In this document: in pieces, positions 1-12,387 of the stretch
How positions within the stretch are numbered: the stretch's first letter is position 1
Layout of the letters: each line of letters opens with the position of its first letter
Assembly (NCBI GenBank): GCA_002269645.1
Contig: NIVC01000997.1
Coordinates: forward strand, 248,001-312,000
Direction: 5' to 3'
Length of the DNA stretch: 64,000 nucleotides
From: Macrostomum lignano
Lineage: Eukaryota
The notes under the pieces: model-generated
Databases searched by the model: none
What the model saw: the letters and a program-made list of their open reading frames with translations, nothing else
Told to the model about the DNA's origin: nothing
Made by a program: the position numbers and the translations under genes

Positions 1-620
1 AAGCTGGCCCAGCAACTGAGGATCTGGGAAGCTGGCCCAGCAACTGAGGATCTGGGGGAGGCTGGCCCAGCAACTGAGGATCTGGGAAGCTGGCCCAGCA
101 ACTGAGGATCTGGGAAACTTGCCCAGCAACTGAGGATCTGGGAAGCTGGCCCAGCAACTGAGGATCTGGGGGAGGCTGGCCAAGCAACTGGGGATCTGGG
201 AAGCTGGCCCAGCAACTGAGGATCTGGGAAGCTGGCCCAGCAACTGAGGATCTGGGGGAGGCTGGCCCAGCAACTGAGGATCTGGGAAGCTGGCCCAGCA
301 ACTGAGGATCTGGGAAGCTGGCCCAGCAACTGAGGATCTGGGGGAGGCTGGCCCAGCAACTGAGGATCTGGGAAGCTGGCCCAGCAACTGAGGATCTGGA
401 AAGCTGGCCCAGCAACTGAGGATCTGGGAGGCTGGCCCAGCAACTGAGGATCTGGGAAGCTGGCCCAGCAACTGAGGATCTGGGAGGCTGGCCCAGCAAC
501 TGAGGATCTGGGAAGCTGGCCCAGCAACTGAGGATCTGGAAAGCTGGCCCAGCAACTGAGGATCTGGGAGGCTGGTGGCCCAGCAACTGAGAATCTGGGG
601 GAGGCTGGCCCAGCAACTGA
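1..620. repeat. 28-30 bp minisatellite (AAGCTGGCCCAGCAACTGAGGATCTGGG), runs off the left edge
   Basis: About 20 tandem copies read directly; same family as 25025-25520. Confidence 0.95.
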
Positions 621-1328
621 GAATCTGGGGGAGGCTGGCCCAGCAACTGAGGATCTGGTAAGCTGACCTGGGAACTGGGTAATAAAAAACTCAGTCAAAA
701 CGCAGAAATTAAAAGATGTAGCATTAGAGAATCGCAGCATATCTAAAATGCCGCAACTGTGTTCTGCTGAACAAATTCTGTGTACTTCATACACAAAATT
801 TATACGCAAAAGCCAAAGCTGGAACAACGAAAATGTTAAGAAAAAAGCTATTATCATTGACGATCTGCAGATCTGACTGAATAGAACTGTATTGCAAAAT
901 AAACTATAAAATACGGATGCATAAGAAACATATATTCATACTGAAGTGGCGGCACTAAGTTCTTAATAACTGTTTCGTTGCATGCATATAGTTTAAATAT
1001 GCTAATGAAAAAAATTTAGAAATAATGTATAAAAATATCATATGCCAGAAAGAACTAAATAATGTGTTATTTTAGATTGCCATAAGAAAAACATAATTTT
1101 TTTTCTATTGCCAAATAAAAACACACTCAATCAAAAACTTTAGAGGGAAAATGCCTAAATGTTGTTGGAAATAAAATGAGTTTAAGTAATATAATATGAA
1201 ACATAACAATAATCTACTCTTTTTAAAGGCCTTCAAAAACGATTCCAAGAAACCAAGTGCCAGGCCTACCCATTCTAATTTAGTAGTCCTTGTCCCAACC
1301 AACTATTAAGAATGAATAATCTAAAATC

Positions 1329-4300
1329 TTACATTGGCACAATGTTATTCCGCTGAACTTTGTACACGTAGCCCCAGGTTTTCACTACGCCCCGGTCGCG
1401 AACGGTGCTGGACACACGGACCAGCCAGCGAGGCTGCCAGCCCTGGCCGTCCGACTCGCGATTGAAGGCCTTAGCAACCGCTTGTTGCAACCGGTCGCTA
1501 GGCAACGGATCTGGACTATCGCTATGGGTCAGCAGTTGCATTCCGTTGGCGCTGGCAAAGTTACGCAATCGTAACGGCGTTGTGCAGGCAACCTGGAGTT
1601 TAGGGGATTCAGAATGTGACTGGCTGGCCTCCCCGCTGGTTGCGGCAAGTGTACTGTCGATTTGATCTACTAGGCCTACTAATGCCACTGCTACTGCCAC
1701 TGCTACTGCCACTGCTACTGCCACTGCCACTACTCCTACTACTACTACTACTAGTGCCACTACTACTACTACTACCGCTACTACTACTGCTACTACTACT
1801 ATTACTACTGCCAGGGCCTCACCTGAGTATGCAGCTGGCAGATCCTCGGTTTCTCCTTAGCCCATTGGTGCAGCGACTCGAGCAGATCCGGCACAAAGTC
1901 AGCGGCGCCTAAGCTGGCCACAACATCGGCGCAGTGCAGCTCTTCCAATTCCAGCCACAGCGGCTTCACGTCGTTCAATAGCAGGCCGCCAGCGTTAGGC
2001 GGCCTTGACCAGCTGTTGCCGGCGATGCTCAGGACTATGCTGTCGCAGTCTGTGGCCGACAGCGAGGTCAAAGCCTCTTGAACGGCCTCGCTGATTGCGC
2101 CGTGGCGGTAAGCATTTGGCCAGATGGTCACCTGCGTGTGTGTCAGTCGGTTGATTAGTCAATTGTCCAGCAACATTTTTTATTATATCTATTATTAGGT
2201 AGAATTACAACTTAAAAGAATTTGTAACTGGATTGCCTCCTAGCTGTTTTATTTAATTAGCTAGTTAGATAGTTAGTTAATTAGTTATCTAGTTAGTTAC
2301 TTGGTTATGTAGTTGGTTAGTTGGTTAGCTAGTTAGTAAGTAAGTAAGTAAGTCAGTCAGCCAGTCAGTCAGTCAGTCAGTCAGTCAGTCAGTCAGTCAG
2401 TCAGTCAGTCAGTCAGCCAGCCAGTCAGCCAGTCAGTCAGTCAGTCAGTCAGTCAGCCAGTCAGTCAGCCAGTCAGTCAGTCAGTCAGTCAGTCAGTCAG
2501 TCAGTCAGCCAGTCAGTCAGTCAGTCAGTCAGTCAGTCAGTCAGTCAGTCAGTCAGCCAGTCAGTCAGTGTCACTAATGAATTTATAAGAGGTAAAAGAA
2601 CTAGACCATGTCTCACCTTGAGGTTAATGCGCAGTTCAGCACGCTGCTCAGGCGTCATCTGAGATCGCTCCAGTTCAGCTTGGTTGCCATGAATTGGACA
2701 GCAAACTCTGATCTGCTCAGCTTTCTGCAGGGCATCCGAACCTGCTTGCTGCTTTAACCAGCACTTCACTAGGGAGTCTGTGCTGTCAAGGATCTGTGTT
2801 AATTAGAATCAGAAGAGTCAGATTTTATATTAGTTATAATTAGTTATAATTAACTAATTATCAGTTAATTAGTTAATACTAATTATCTATCTATCTATCT
2901 AGCTATCTATCTATTTATCTATCTATCTATCAATCTATCTATCTATCTATAGATAGATACTTTAAAACTTTAAATACTTAGAAGTTAGAACTTTAATAAG
3001 TATTAAGAACTTACTTAAGAACTTTAATAAATAAAACTTTATTTACTTAGAATAAAGTTTTATTCTACTTTATGACTAGAATAAAATAGTCATACAAATG
3101 AAACCAAACATTGTTTGACACAAAAAATGCTATAACTTTTTTATTACTTCAACAAGTTTTGGAAATAAGGTGTCTATATACTGATAACTTTTAAACTAAA
3201 AAACTTACAAAAAAATTATCAATAATATAGATAGCCATATCAATAGGCCTATATGATATTATTTATTTTAAATAATATTCAATTATTGGAAAAAGTATAG
3301 TAGTATCATATTCAACATTGAATTGAATTATTTCTGGCTATTACTATGAATATAAAAACACAAAATGCCCCACTAGATAAAAGGCTTATTACAATTCTCT
3401 ATTGGAATAGGGGTATAACCAGAAGGGTAGAAAAGATGGTCAGCTTTGCGTTAGCCTGTAGGCAGAAACCAGAAAAAATAAATGGGGGGACCAAGCAAAT
3501 TTTTGCCAAAATACAGAGCCATCCCTTTACTTGGGTCTATCCATCTCCTATAAAAACTTTTGATTGTGCTAAACTATACTGGAATACAATTTTAGATTCT
3601 GTGGATACACAGAATACATTTATAAGCATTATTCTTAGATAAAATAGACATTTATTGCAAAATTGTAGTACCAGTACCACAACAACTTTTGCCAAAGTGT
3701 GGCTATGGCAGACTTTCACTTTAAATAGGTGTCAAAAACTGATATGGAAGACTTACATATTTGCAATATAAAACTAATATCATAATGATTATATTTTTTA
3801 TATTCTTTTTAGGGCTTTGTTATGCCTGTGTACAGACACATATTACACTATCTATAGATAAGCCAAAAAGCAAATTTTTAGACCCAAAATTTCATTGCCA
3901 ATTCACTGCATGGCATGGTATGAAATACAAGGGATGTCCAAAAAGTAGTGATACTTTTAACCATAGCTCTCATTCTATAGCTTCCTGTGATTTAAAATTT
4001 TATGAACTGATAGTGGCAAATTTCTTCTACAGACTGCTTTTTGAATTTAAAAAATTGATACTAAAGAACAAAAGTTATACCCACAAAAGTAACAGTACCT
4101 GTACCATAGAGTTACACAAACTATATTGAAATTTATAATAGTTGACTTCTGCACTCATTCATTAAGAAGGCATCGATAAATGTCTTGTTTAAGCAATACC
4201 AAAGCCCAATTGCAAAATGATGCTCACTGTGACTGACTGAAATTTTTCTATGGACGGGATCATGCGCAGAAAAATAAAGCATTAAATTCATTACTTTACT

Positions 4301-6029
4301 TGCAAACAGAGGAGCTTGCATTTTGCAATTCGTTCATGATTTCATTGCCCATACTTGACAACACACATGGATGTGCACTCAGTTATTGCTCAGCAAAGTA
4401 CTATCTTCACTCTTTGGGGTGCTGGCCATAGTGCCTCAGAAATTCACGCAAAACTTTGCTCTGCGCATGGATCCTCTGTGGTCAGCAAAATGACAGTTTA
4501 TCGATGGATTGAGCAGTTCAGCAAGGGAAGGACTGACTTGGCAGATCAGCATTGGACGGGGTGGCCATAAGTTCATCGACCTGATGTACTGGCGGACTCC
4601 ATTCTGGATCTTCTTGACAAGGACTCCTGAATGACCATTAGAGAGATCACTGACAAGTTGGACAAGCCAAAATCAACAATTCATCAAAGCTTACTTGGCA
4701 TGGATCTTGTGAAGCTCAGCCTATAATTTGTAACTCTATGGTACAGGTACTGTTACTTTCATGGGTATAACTTTTGTTATCTAATATCTAGTATCAATTT
4801 AAAAATTCAAAAAGCAGTCTGTAGTGTAGAAGAGATTTTCTGCTATCAGTTTATAAAACTTTAAATCACAGGAAGCTATAGAACAAGAGCTACAGTTAAA
4901 AGTATCACTATTTTTGGACACCCCTCATATAATAAACTTTGCAAAGGTATAATGTACATGTAACATCATAATTTAACTACTTCTATGGAAATTTATTATA
5001 TGCCATTTCTGAAGCTATTCTTATAATGCTAGGCCTATAATCTAGGCCCTAACCCAATTTTTATTAGGCTAATCATTGATAAATCCAATAATTCCAAAGG
5101 TTAACAATATTCAATAACCTTAACAAGCATGCGCAACCTCCAAAATTCAGTCTGCCATGCAACTTAGTTTTAACAAAAAATGTAAGTTTTTGGCCAAAAA
5201 TGCAACTTACATATAAAAGAAACCCTAAAGCAAAATTAATGCAACTTTGGGTAAATGGCAGGAAATTTATGACTACCTTATTAAGGCAAAATGCCTCATT
5301 ATCTACTTAGTACTACTTGGGTATTTATTTAGGTGGGCATTTTTGCAACTTACCTTGGATTGTCGCCAAATCGGTTTGCCAAATTGGCCGACTTGGCTGA
5401 CTATTGTGCATGTATGAACAATTATTGACCAATGGCAATACTCACTCTATTTTAATATTCCAGACCAGGTACATTGTTGTATAATAATAATATATTATTG
5501 TACAAGACAATATGCTGTCCATGCTAGGCCTATAAATGTTATAACTTATATATATTGTAAACTATACTATTACCATTACTAGGCCTATATTTCTTTTATG
5601 GGCCCTACAACCTTTTTAGAGCTTATTTTAGATTTATTATTTTAATAAAACATCAAAAAAGCTAAATATTTTATAAAATAAACAGCTAAAGGCAAAGCTA
5701 AATATGAAAAATACAATAGGCCCCCCTACTAATTGCCCTTGACTTTATTCTTTAGTTGTTTGACTTAGGCCCCTCTAGTATTAAGTAGACCCTAAGGTAG
5801 AAATATGGACAGAAATTAAAACACCTAGATTAAAAATGAAACAAAACAACAAAATGATGACACTGAATTCAAAACAATGTCATTGATATATAGGTATAAT
5901 ATTAGACAATAGACATACCTCATCTGTTCCAGAAACGAGTGGTTTCTTTCTCAACCTGCTCCATGAAAGAATGTTGCCAGTATCAAAAATAACTTCCTTG
6001 CACTTCGGAATTAGGGGTAACTCGCTCAT
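1329..6029 (-). CDS. GCLM: Glutamate-cysteine ligase modifier (regulatory) subunit, ~286 aa, 4 exons
   Basis: Exons 5919-6029, 2617-2793, 1823-2131, 1329-1592, all GT-AG and phase 0. Motifs TGNILSWSRLRKK, PEQRAELRINLK, LWLELEEL...LHQWAKEKP, QLLTHSD and WQPRWLVRVSSTVRDRGVVKTWGY match GCLM as I recall it (TGNLLNWGRLRKK, QLLTHND, WLLRYSVIVKSRGII). Confidence 0.92.
1672..1810. repeat. (CTA)n / (GCCACTGCTACT)n microsatellite in GCLM intron 3
   Basis: Seen directly; it produces the poly-V/A and poly-L ORF artefacts. Confidence 0.9.
2335..2570. repeat. (AGTC)n microsatellite in GCLM intron 2
   Basis: Seen directly. Confidence 0.95.
3928..4927 (+). mobile_element. Non-autonomous mariner derivative, 1.0 kb, ~200-bp TIRs, TA target duplication, degraded transposase HTH fragment
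   Basis: TA|CAAGGGATGTCCAAAAAGTAGTGATAC ... GTATCACTATTTTTGGACACCCCTCA|TA. Arms ~3928-4124 and ~4722-4927 are inverted copies. The interior encodes SASEIHAKLCSAHGSSVVSKMTVYRWIEQF..GRTDLAD and MTIREITDKL (mariner N-terminal HTH pair) with stops and no DD34D domain. Confidence 0.88.
5205..5360. repeat. Dispersed repeat, homologous to the interior of the MITE at 44404-44693
   Basis: AAAAGAAACCCTAAAGCAAAATTAA...TTAGTACTAC...GGCATTTTTGC.ACTTACC is shared with ~44465-44615. Confidence 0.8.
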
Positions 6030-7030
6030 CTTGAAAGAAATCGTGCAGATGTTCTGATATTTAATCTATCTTTGTGTAGGCCTATATTAGGTCTAGGCCC
6101 TACTACTACTATATTAACTATTTCTATATACTACAAAGCTTGAAGGGATAAGACCTAGAGTTCTAGACTAAGTGAATTAGAAATAAAATGATTGATAGAC
6201 CTATGTATTATTTATGTGTAACAGTTTTTCTTAAGATTTATAAATGACAACAAAAATAATTCTTTCAATAGTACAGCGCTCGACTCTTTGTGTACGAATC
6301 TATTATCATTAAGAAGTCAGAAAAACACGAAAAATATATACTTAGTAACCTAAACGTAGTACTAACGTAGTACTAACGTAGTACTAACCTAAGTAATAAA
6401 CGTAACTACTAGCGTAGTTCTCAAAAAATTGTTCTCATGCACTTTGGAAAAAAGCGGCTAACAGTATTCATTAACCGAGCAAATAAAAGACTTCTACAGT
6501 CAAAGCCGATTAAAAGCACAAAATACTGCAAAACTGCTTATCAAAGCCGGTTAACTGCGTTTTTAGGAGTTATCGCATTCAATGAAGCAAGTGCTTTTTC
6601 TATTTTTTATCAACTTTTTATTATTAAAGTGTTAGCATCGTTTTAGATGTCTTTCTGTTTTCTCTGTCATATATAAATCGCCATTACGGATAGAAAATGT
6701 AGTACTACAGTTCGCTGGTCATAGAAAATAGAATTCTACACAGTACACCGGAAAATGATAAGGCTCAAAAACGAGTTAAGAGTTTATGTTTTTTTTAACT
6801 AAAACAAAAAGTACTAAACAATATATATAAGCTATCAACTTAGCAGATTTTTATGCTTTGAAAAAAGTTTGAACATTTTAGAAGTCGATTTGCTTTCTAT
6901 TTTACGTGTAATGTAATTAGTAGCTAAAAACTCTTTTATTTTTAACTTGACAGTGTCCTGCGGTTTTTTGTTGAACAATCAGTAAAGATTTCAAACAGGA
7001 AAGCACTGTATTGACCAATGTCATAGGAAA

Positions 7031-10000
7031 ATGGATTTAATGACTGCAGTATCACGTATGGAGACTCCTACTTTGGTTGTAAACCATTGTAACGATGTTG
7101 GTTGCTCTCATCCATCATGTTGGGCATCAAGAAAGTTATATAGGCGAAATGCTTATCTTCTAATGCTAAAAGGCGTCCCTCCAACAGAAATTCAAGCCCA
7201 CAAGCAAACGCTGGAAAGACCAGCAGATACTCAGAGAGGTATTTGTTGTAATAATTTTAAATGATTCCTAAGTTTTATTCGCTTTTTTCTTTTTTAGACA
7301 CATCTGTAATTTATCAAAACGCTACGTGAATTTGTAGTCGATAATATAATGCACGTTTGAAACCTTATTTATTAAGATCCTTGTCTGACTGTTAATAAGC
7401 TCTAAAACTATTAAACTTCAAACATAATTAAAATATTTGATAAATATGATTTATATTTGTATAACGATAAAAATTCAGTCGCAGAGATTCCGACGCAGAA
7501 GGTGCACAATATGGTTGACGAACTGTTTAACAGCATCGACGGTCATGCAGTTGACGCTGACGATTGGCACTCGATGGCCGGGAGAGGCATCTCAGCCGGA
7601 CAGCTGTCAATCAAGCACATGCCCACCCCAATGTCAAGCCTGAGCAGACAGATGGCCCCTAAACCGCGTCGAGGTCAGCTTCCACGCGGTGATGGAGCCG
7701 CCGCTGATGCCGAAGATGATCTGGATGCGGACGAGGAGTACGAAGACGAACTAGATGACAAGGGCTTGTCTCATCCCAGCCAAGGTCGATGGCGTCGCTC
7801 GGTTGCCAAGCAACGATCGCTATGTGTTCAGGACATGTCGAATCAGCAGCATGAAGACGTTGGCCGACAGTACGCGGCGCTGCATCAGCACAGCCGAGAG
7901 TATGTCTGGGTGCCGAATCCAAATCGAAAGCCGAAAGAGGGACCGCTCAGGTAGGATTGAGATAACGCAGTTTTACAAAATTTTCTATAATTTGTGTTTT
8001 ACCTTAATAACTCTTATCATTTAAGCTAAACTACCCCCCCCCACTGAAAGGATTCAATTCAATATAAAGCCAGAATTTTTTATTTTTACTTTTTCATGGT
8101 ATTGTCACCGAATTGGTCCCCACGGTTCTCTCTATCTCCCCTTCTCTCTTTTTTCTATCTCGTTTCTCTCCTATTCTCTATCTCTAGATCTCCTTCTCTC
8201 ATTTGCCCCATCTCTCTTCTCTCCTTTTCTCTGTCTCTCTTCTCTCCTTTTCTGTATCTCTCCCTCTCTCCACTCTCTCCATCTATTGAGTAAACTCCAC
8301 TGAGCAGCAACTATTTACTCCAATAACGGACCCGGCTGCACTTTTCAGGCGCAGCGACCCGGACCCAACCCTGGCCTGCGTGAATATTAATCAGGAGCTG
8401 GGCCAATACTTGCAGGAAGATAATTACCACCAGAGACAGGCTTTCCTGCAGGTAAGAAGAGTTCTATCATTTGTAATGCACAACTTAACCTTGTGTATCT
8501 TGAAGTCGATCAAGTATTTCCCAATTCCAGGAGAGAGCCGTCGAGCGGTCCCACTTGTCAACCGCTAGGGTGCAGAGGTTTTTCAAATCAATGGCTCCAT
8601 CTTCGACAGCTAAGAAGTGAGTAAATTTGTCTTTCTTAGCCAGACATAATAAATAATAAACATATTTTGCGATCTAATAAACATTTACTCTCTCTTTCAT
8701 CTTCGTAGGGGCATAAAAGTTGTCGAAAAGAGAATTAAAATCTACAGAAATTTGTTTACATTATTTGTAATGCAACTATAGGCAAACAACAAGATTACAT
8801 GACAATTTACACTAATGCTCACACAATAAAATTCACTTGAATTTTTTTTATTTGCACCGTTTACTTAATTAATTACATCATACATGTTTATAAAAAAGTA
8901 CATTCACAGAAACTTATGCAGAGTACTATTGATGTTTATTTTAGTCAATTTTTACTTCTAATTAATTCACCAAAAATTTAAATTTAGCGTTGATCTCTTC
9001 AAGCTGCCCTCTGATTTGCTGTCAGAGGTGCTGCGAGGCGTGGATCGAGGGTGAGACAATGCGTATAATAAGTATATTCTGTACTTTTTAATTGAAACAC
9101 TTATGTAATTTTTAGTAGCATATACAAGTAGTAAGTATAGCATTAAAAGATTATCATTTTGATGTTAATAAACACTAAATAAACTAACGTCTCAAAAAAA
9201 TTATGCACTTTTAAGCCTAATTAATGACCCAAGTTTATTTAATCTATAGCTTATTGTTACAACTAAAAATTGATTATGCTAAATTTTTATGCTCTCGTAT
9301 CGTCCGTGTCGTGTAAAACGTTTTCAAACCTCAGGTGCGCTAAAATTAAATAGATCCAATAATTGAGGGATTCCCAGACTTGCGGTGCGGCATGAACATT
9401 TCTAACTCCCAGCTAGATATGGTGTTGCTTCTCAAGAATAGCTAAAAATAGCTCAATGAGGGATTCCCTACCGGAGACGTACAGGCCGGGAATCCCCTAC
9501 CCTCTCCTCTTCCCCTGAACTGATCACCCACCTCCCTCCGCCAACGCGTAGAGAGCCAATGACGAATGAGAGCCTGACAAGAATGGTGGAGCAGGCGGCC
9601 GACACCCCCACTGGAGCGGCGGCAGCAGCGCCGGCACCGCAGGATTCCGGCAGCGAATTCGAGCGCTACGTGCTGCGGCAACGCCGGGCCCAGTTGCACA
9701 ACAGCGAATCGGGTAGGAATCTTCGAGAGCCTCAGAAGCATACGACTAAAATGCCGGTCTTTCTGATGGACAGCTCGCCAGGAGCTGTCGGAGAGGAAGC
9801 GATTGAAAAACGACGTTTACCCCCGATTGGAACAAAATCTGTCGATCAGCGACGCGTCGGGCAGGGAAAAAGCAACGCGCACACTGGCGGCGGAGGATCG
9901 AGACTAGTAAGAGTTTTTTTCTGCTAAAAACCTTTCGCAAATAAAACAGTGATTAAATTAAGCAGTACAACGACCCACATTTAACCACCAAATAACCAGG

Positions 10001-11704
10001 TTGTCGGCCAGTTCAAACGGGCCATGGGCAGAGACTGCCAGCTGATGCTGGGTCCTGTCTCAGCCGACACTACGCCAGCAGCCTCCACGCGATTGTCGGC
10101 CAGATCGTCGGGAGCCTCAACAGCTGGAGGCTCCACTTCGGTGGCTGTTGAGTGTCGGTCGGATAGATCTACCCTGCTGGATGAGGTGCTGCCGAGTAGG
10201 CAGCCAGGGACCAAGGTGAGATTTTGTCATTGCCTCTGTGTTTGTGGATTGGTTCCGTCCGTCACTGCCACGGATTCCTTGCGTCACCTTATCGATGCGT
10301 CATCCTTCCATCACCTTATCAATGCGTCATCCTTGCGTCGCCTTTATCAATGCGTCATCTTTGCGTCACCTTTATCAATGCGTCATCCTTGCGTCACTTT
10401 ATCAATGCGTCATTCTTGCGTCACCTTATCGATGCGTCATCCTTGCATCACCTTATCAATGCGTCATCCTTGCGTCACCTTATCGATGCGTCATCCTTGC
10501 GTCACCTTATCAATGCGTCATCCTTGCGTCACCTTATCAATGCGTCATCCTTGCGTCGCCTTATCGATGCGTCATCCTTGCGTCGCATTATCGATGCGTC
10601 ATCCTTGCGTCACCTTATCGATGCGTCATCCTTGCGTCACCTTATCAAAGCGTCATCCTTGCGTCACCTTATCGCGTCACCTTTATCAAAGCGTCATCCT
10701 TGCGTCACCTTTATCAATGCGTCATCCTTGCGTCACCTTTATCAATGCGTCATCCTTGCGTCACCTTTATCAATGCGTCATCCTTGCGTCACCTTTATCA
10801 ATGCGTCATCCTTGCGTCACTTATTCGATGCTTCATTCTTGCGTCACCTTATCGATGCGTCATCCTTGTGTTACCTTATCGATGCGTCATCCTTGTGTTA
10901 CCTTATCGATGCGTCATCCTTGCGTCACCTTTATCAATGCGTCATCCTTGCCCTTGCGTCACCTTTATCAATGCGTCATCCTTGCGTCACCTTTATCAAT
11001 GCGTCATCCTTGCGTCACTTATTCGATGCTTCATCCTTGCGTCACCTTATCAATGCTTCATTCCTGCGTCACCTTATCGATCCGTCATCCTTGCGTCACC
11101 TTTATCAATGCTAGCTTGTGCGCTCCCTCAAGTCTCTCAAGCATCTCATAACAATTAAAACCCGCTCCAGGACACAGCCCTGGCCACCCTGCTGGCTCTC
11201 AATCGTCCAACCTACGAGCTGGACGATCCCTGGTCTGAGGCCGGCGCCTACCCGACGGAAGCGCCGCACCCGACCACCCGAGACGGCACCCGTCTGACAA
11301 CTGCGGCTTCGCTAGACAACGTTGAATCGGGACGTCGTGAGATCGATTCCGCCACTGCCGGCGTCTGCCTGTCGCTGACCACTCCGGCACCAGACGTTAC
11401 AGAAGACGATAACGAATCCGACATCGGCGAAAACGACCAGGAGCAACAGCAGCAACAACAAGAAGAAGACGAGGACAACCCAGCAAAAGCAACGCTGCTC
11501 GTTGCCGCACCCGCCGGTCCGGGCGCTCCGCCGCCAAGTCCCGAAGTTGCCCATGCGACCGTCGACGCGACCGCAGACGTACCGCGAACTTCGTCGCCTC
11601 CACCCGCGTCACCGCAGCGTCGCCTAATAGCAAACAAATCTAAGAGTGCAGCCTCGTCCGGTCAGCTGATGCCAACACTGAACGAAGATGAGGAAGCTGA
11701 TTAA
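7031..11704 (+). CDS. Uncharacterised ~678-aa protein, 8 exons, largely low-complexity; N-terminal CxHPxCW motif
   Basis: Exons 7031-7238, 7479-7950, 8349-8451, 8531-8616, 8988-9050, 9552-9906, 10000-10215, 11171-11704. All GT-AG and phase-compatible, total 2037 nt ending in TAA, GC-rich relative to the introns. Function not recognised. Confidence 0.7.
10277..11110. repeat. 27-bp minisatellite (CCTTGCGTCACCTTATCGATGCGTCAT) in intron 7 of the 7031-11704 gene
   Basis: About 30 copies; explains the three stacked 296-375 aa ORFs. Confidence 0.95.
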
Positions 11705-12387
11705 AGAGTGTTTTATTGCTTAGACCTGCATGTCACATTTCCAGCCAATCGAAAGTAGTATAGACTGCGCTGTACTTTAAAATATCGCGCCTGCATTCGT
11801 CACAAAAATCAGCAGAGAAAAGGGTTTACGAATACTGTAAGTGTCCGAAATGTGAGTGCTTAGGATTGATCTATATACTGTAGTAAATGTACTGTAGTAC
11901 AGTTGAGACAATTTCAAAGAGCATATCGTCCTTTTTAATTGACTCCGTGTGTACTATTACATGCCCCAGTTAATAAAAGTTAATTAATTACCCTAAAAAT
12001 AATTCAATTTGTTAGAGACTACCGCCAAAATGCTCCCAATTAAATTTACTTGAGGCTGCTTATTTAACTGTATATACATTGTAGCTACTAGGAGTAGCTA
12101 CTGCTTGTGCCTGCGAAGTTGATCATGTTTTCTGTTTATGGCAGTAACTGCTGCTGCAGAAAATGCGGATTCTTCACCTTGGCTTACCGGCTAAATGATC
12201 AACTTCACCGACAAAAGCAATGGAAACTTCTTTTTATAACAAGCGATTTTTACGTTTTCTTGAAATATATAGTTGCAAAACGGAAAATATTTTTACCGCC
12301 AGATCTAGATTTTTAAAGTCGGATTTTTTATAAATATTTATTATGGCTTTCTTGGCAGAAATCGTCTTCTTTGAAAAAAGAATTAGA

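Noticed and set aside
1593-1760. N-terminal extension of ORF 1329..1760 as coding
   Set aside because: Acceptors there are out of phase with the upstream exon. The CTCCAG|GTT acceptor at 1592 gives the correct GCLM alignment.
8709-8785. Terminal exon ending the 7-kb gene early
   Set aside because: An acceptor and short open frame exist, but the sequence is AT-rich. The 8988-9050 exon has better coding character and links in phase to 9552. It may still be a minor isoform.
10024-11158. Long stacked ORFs of 296-375 aa
   Set aside because: They are translations of the 27-bp intronic minisatellite; only 10000-10215 is a real exon.
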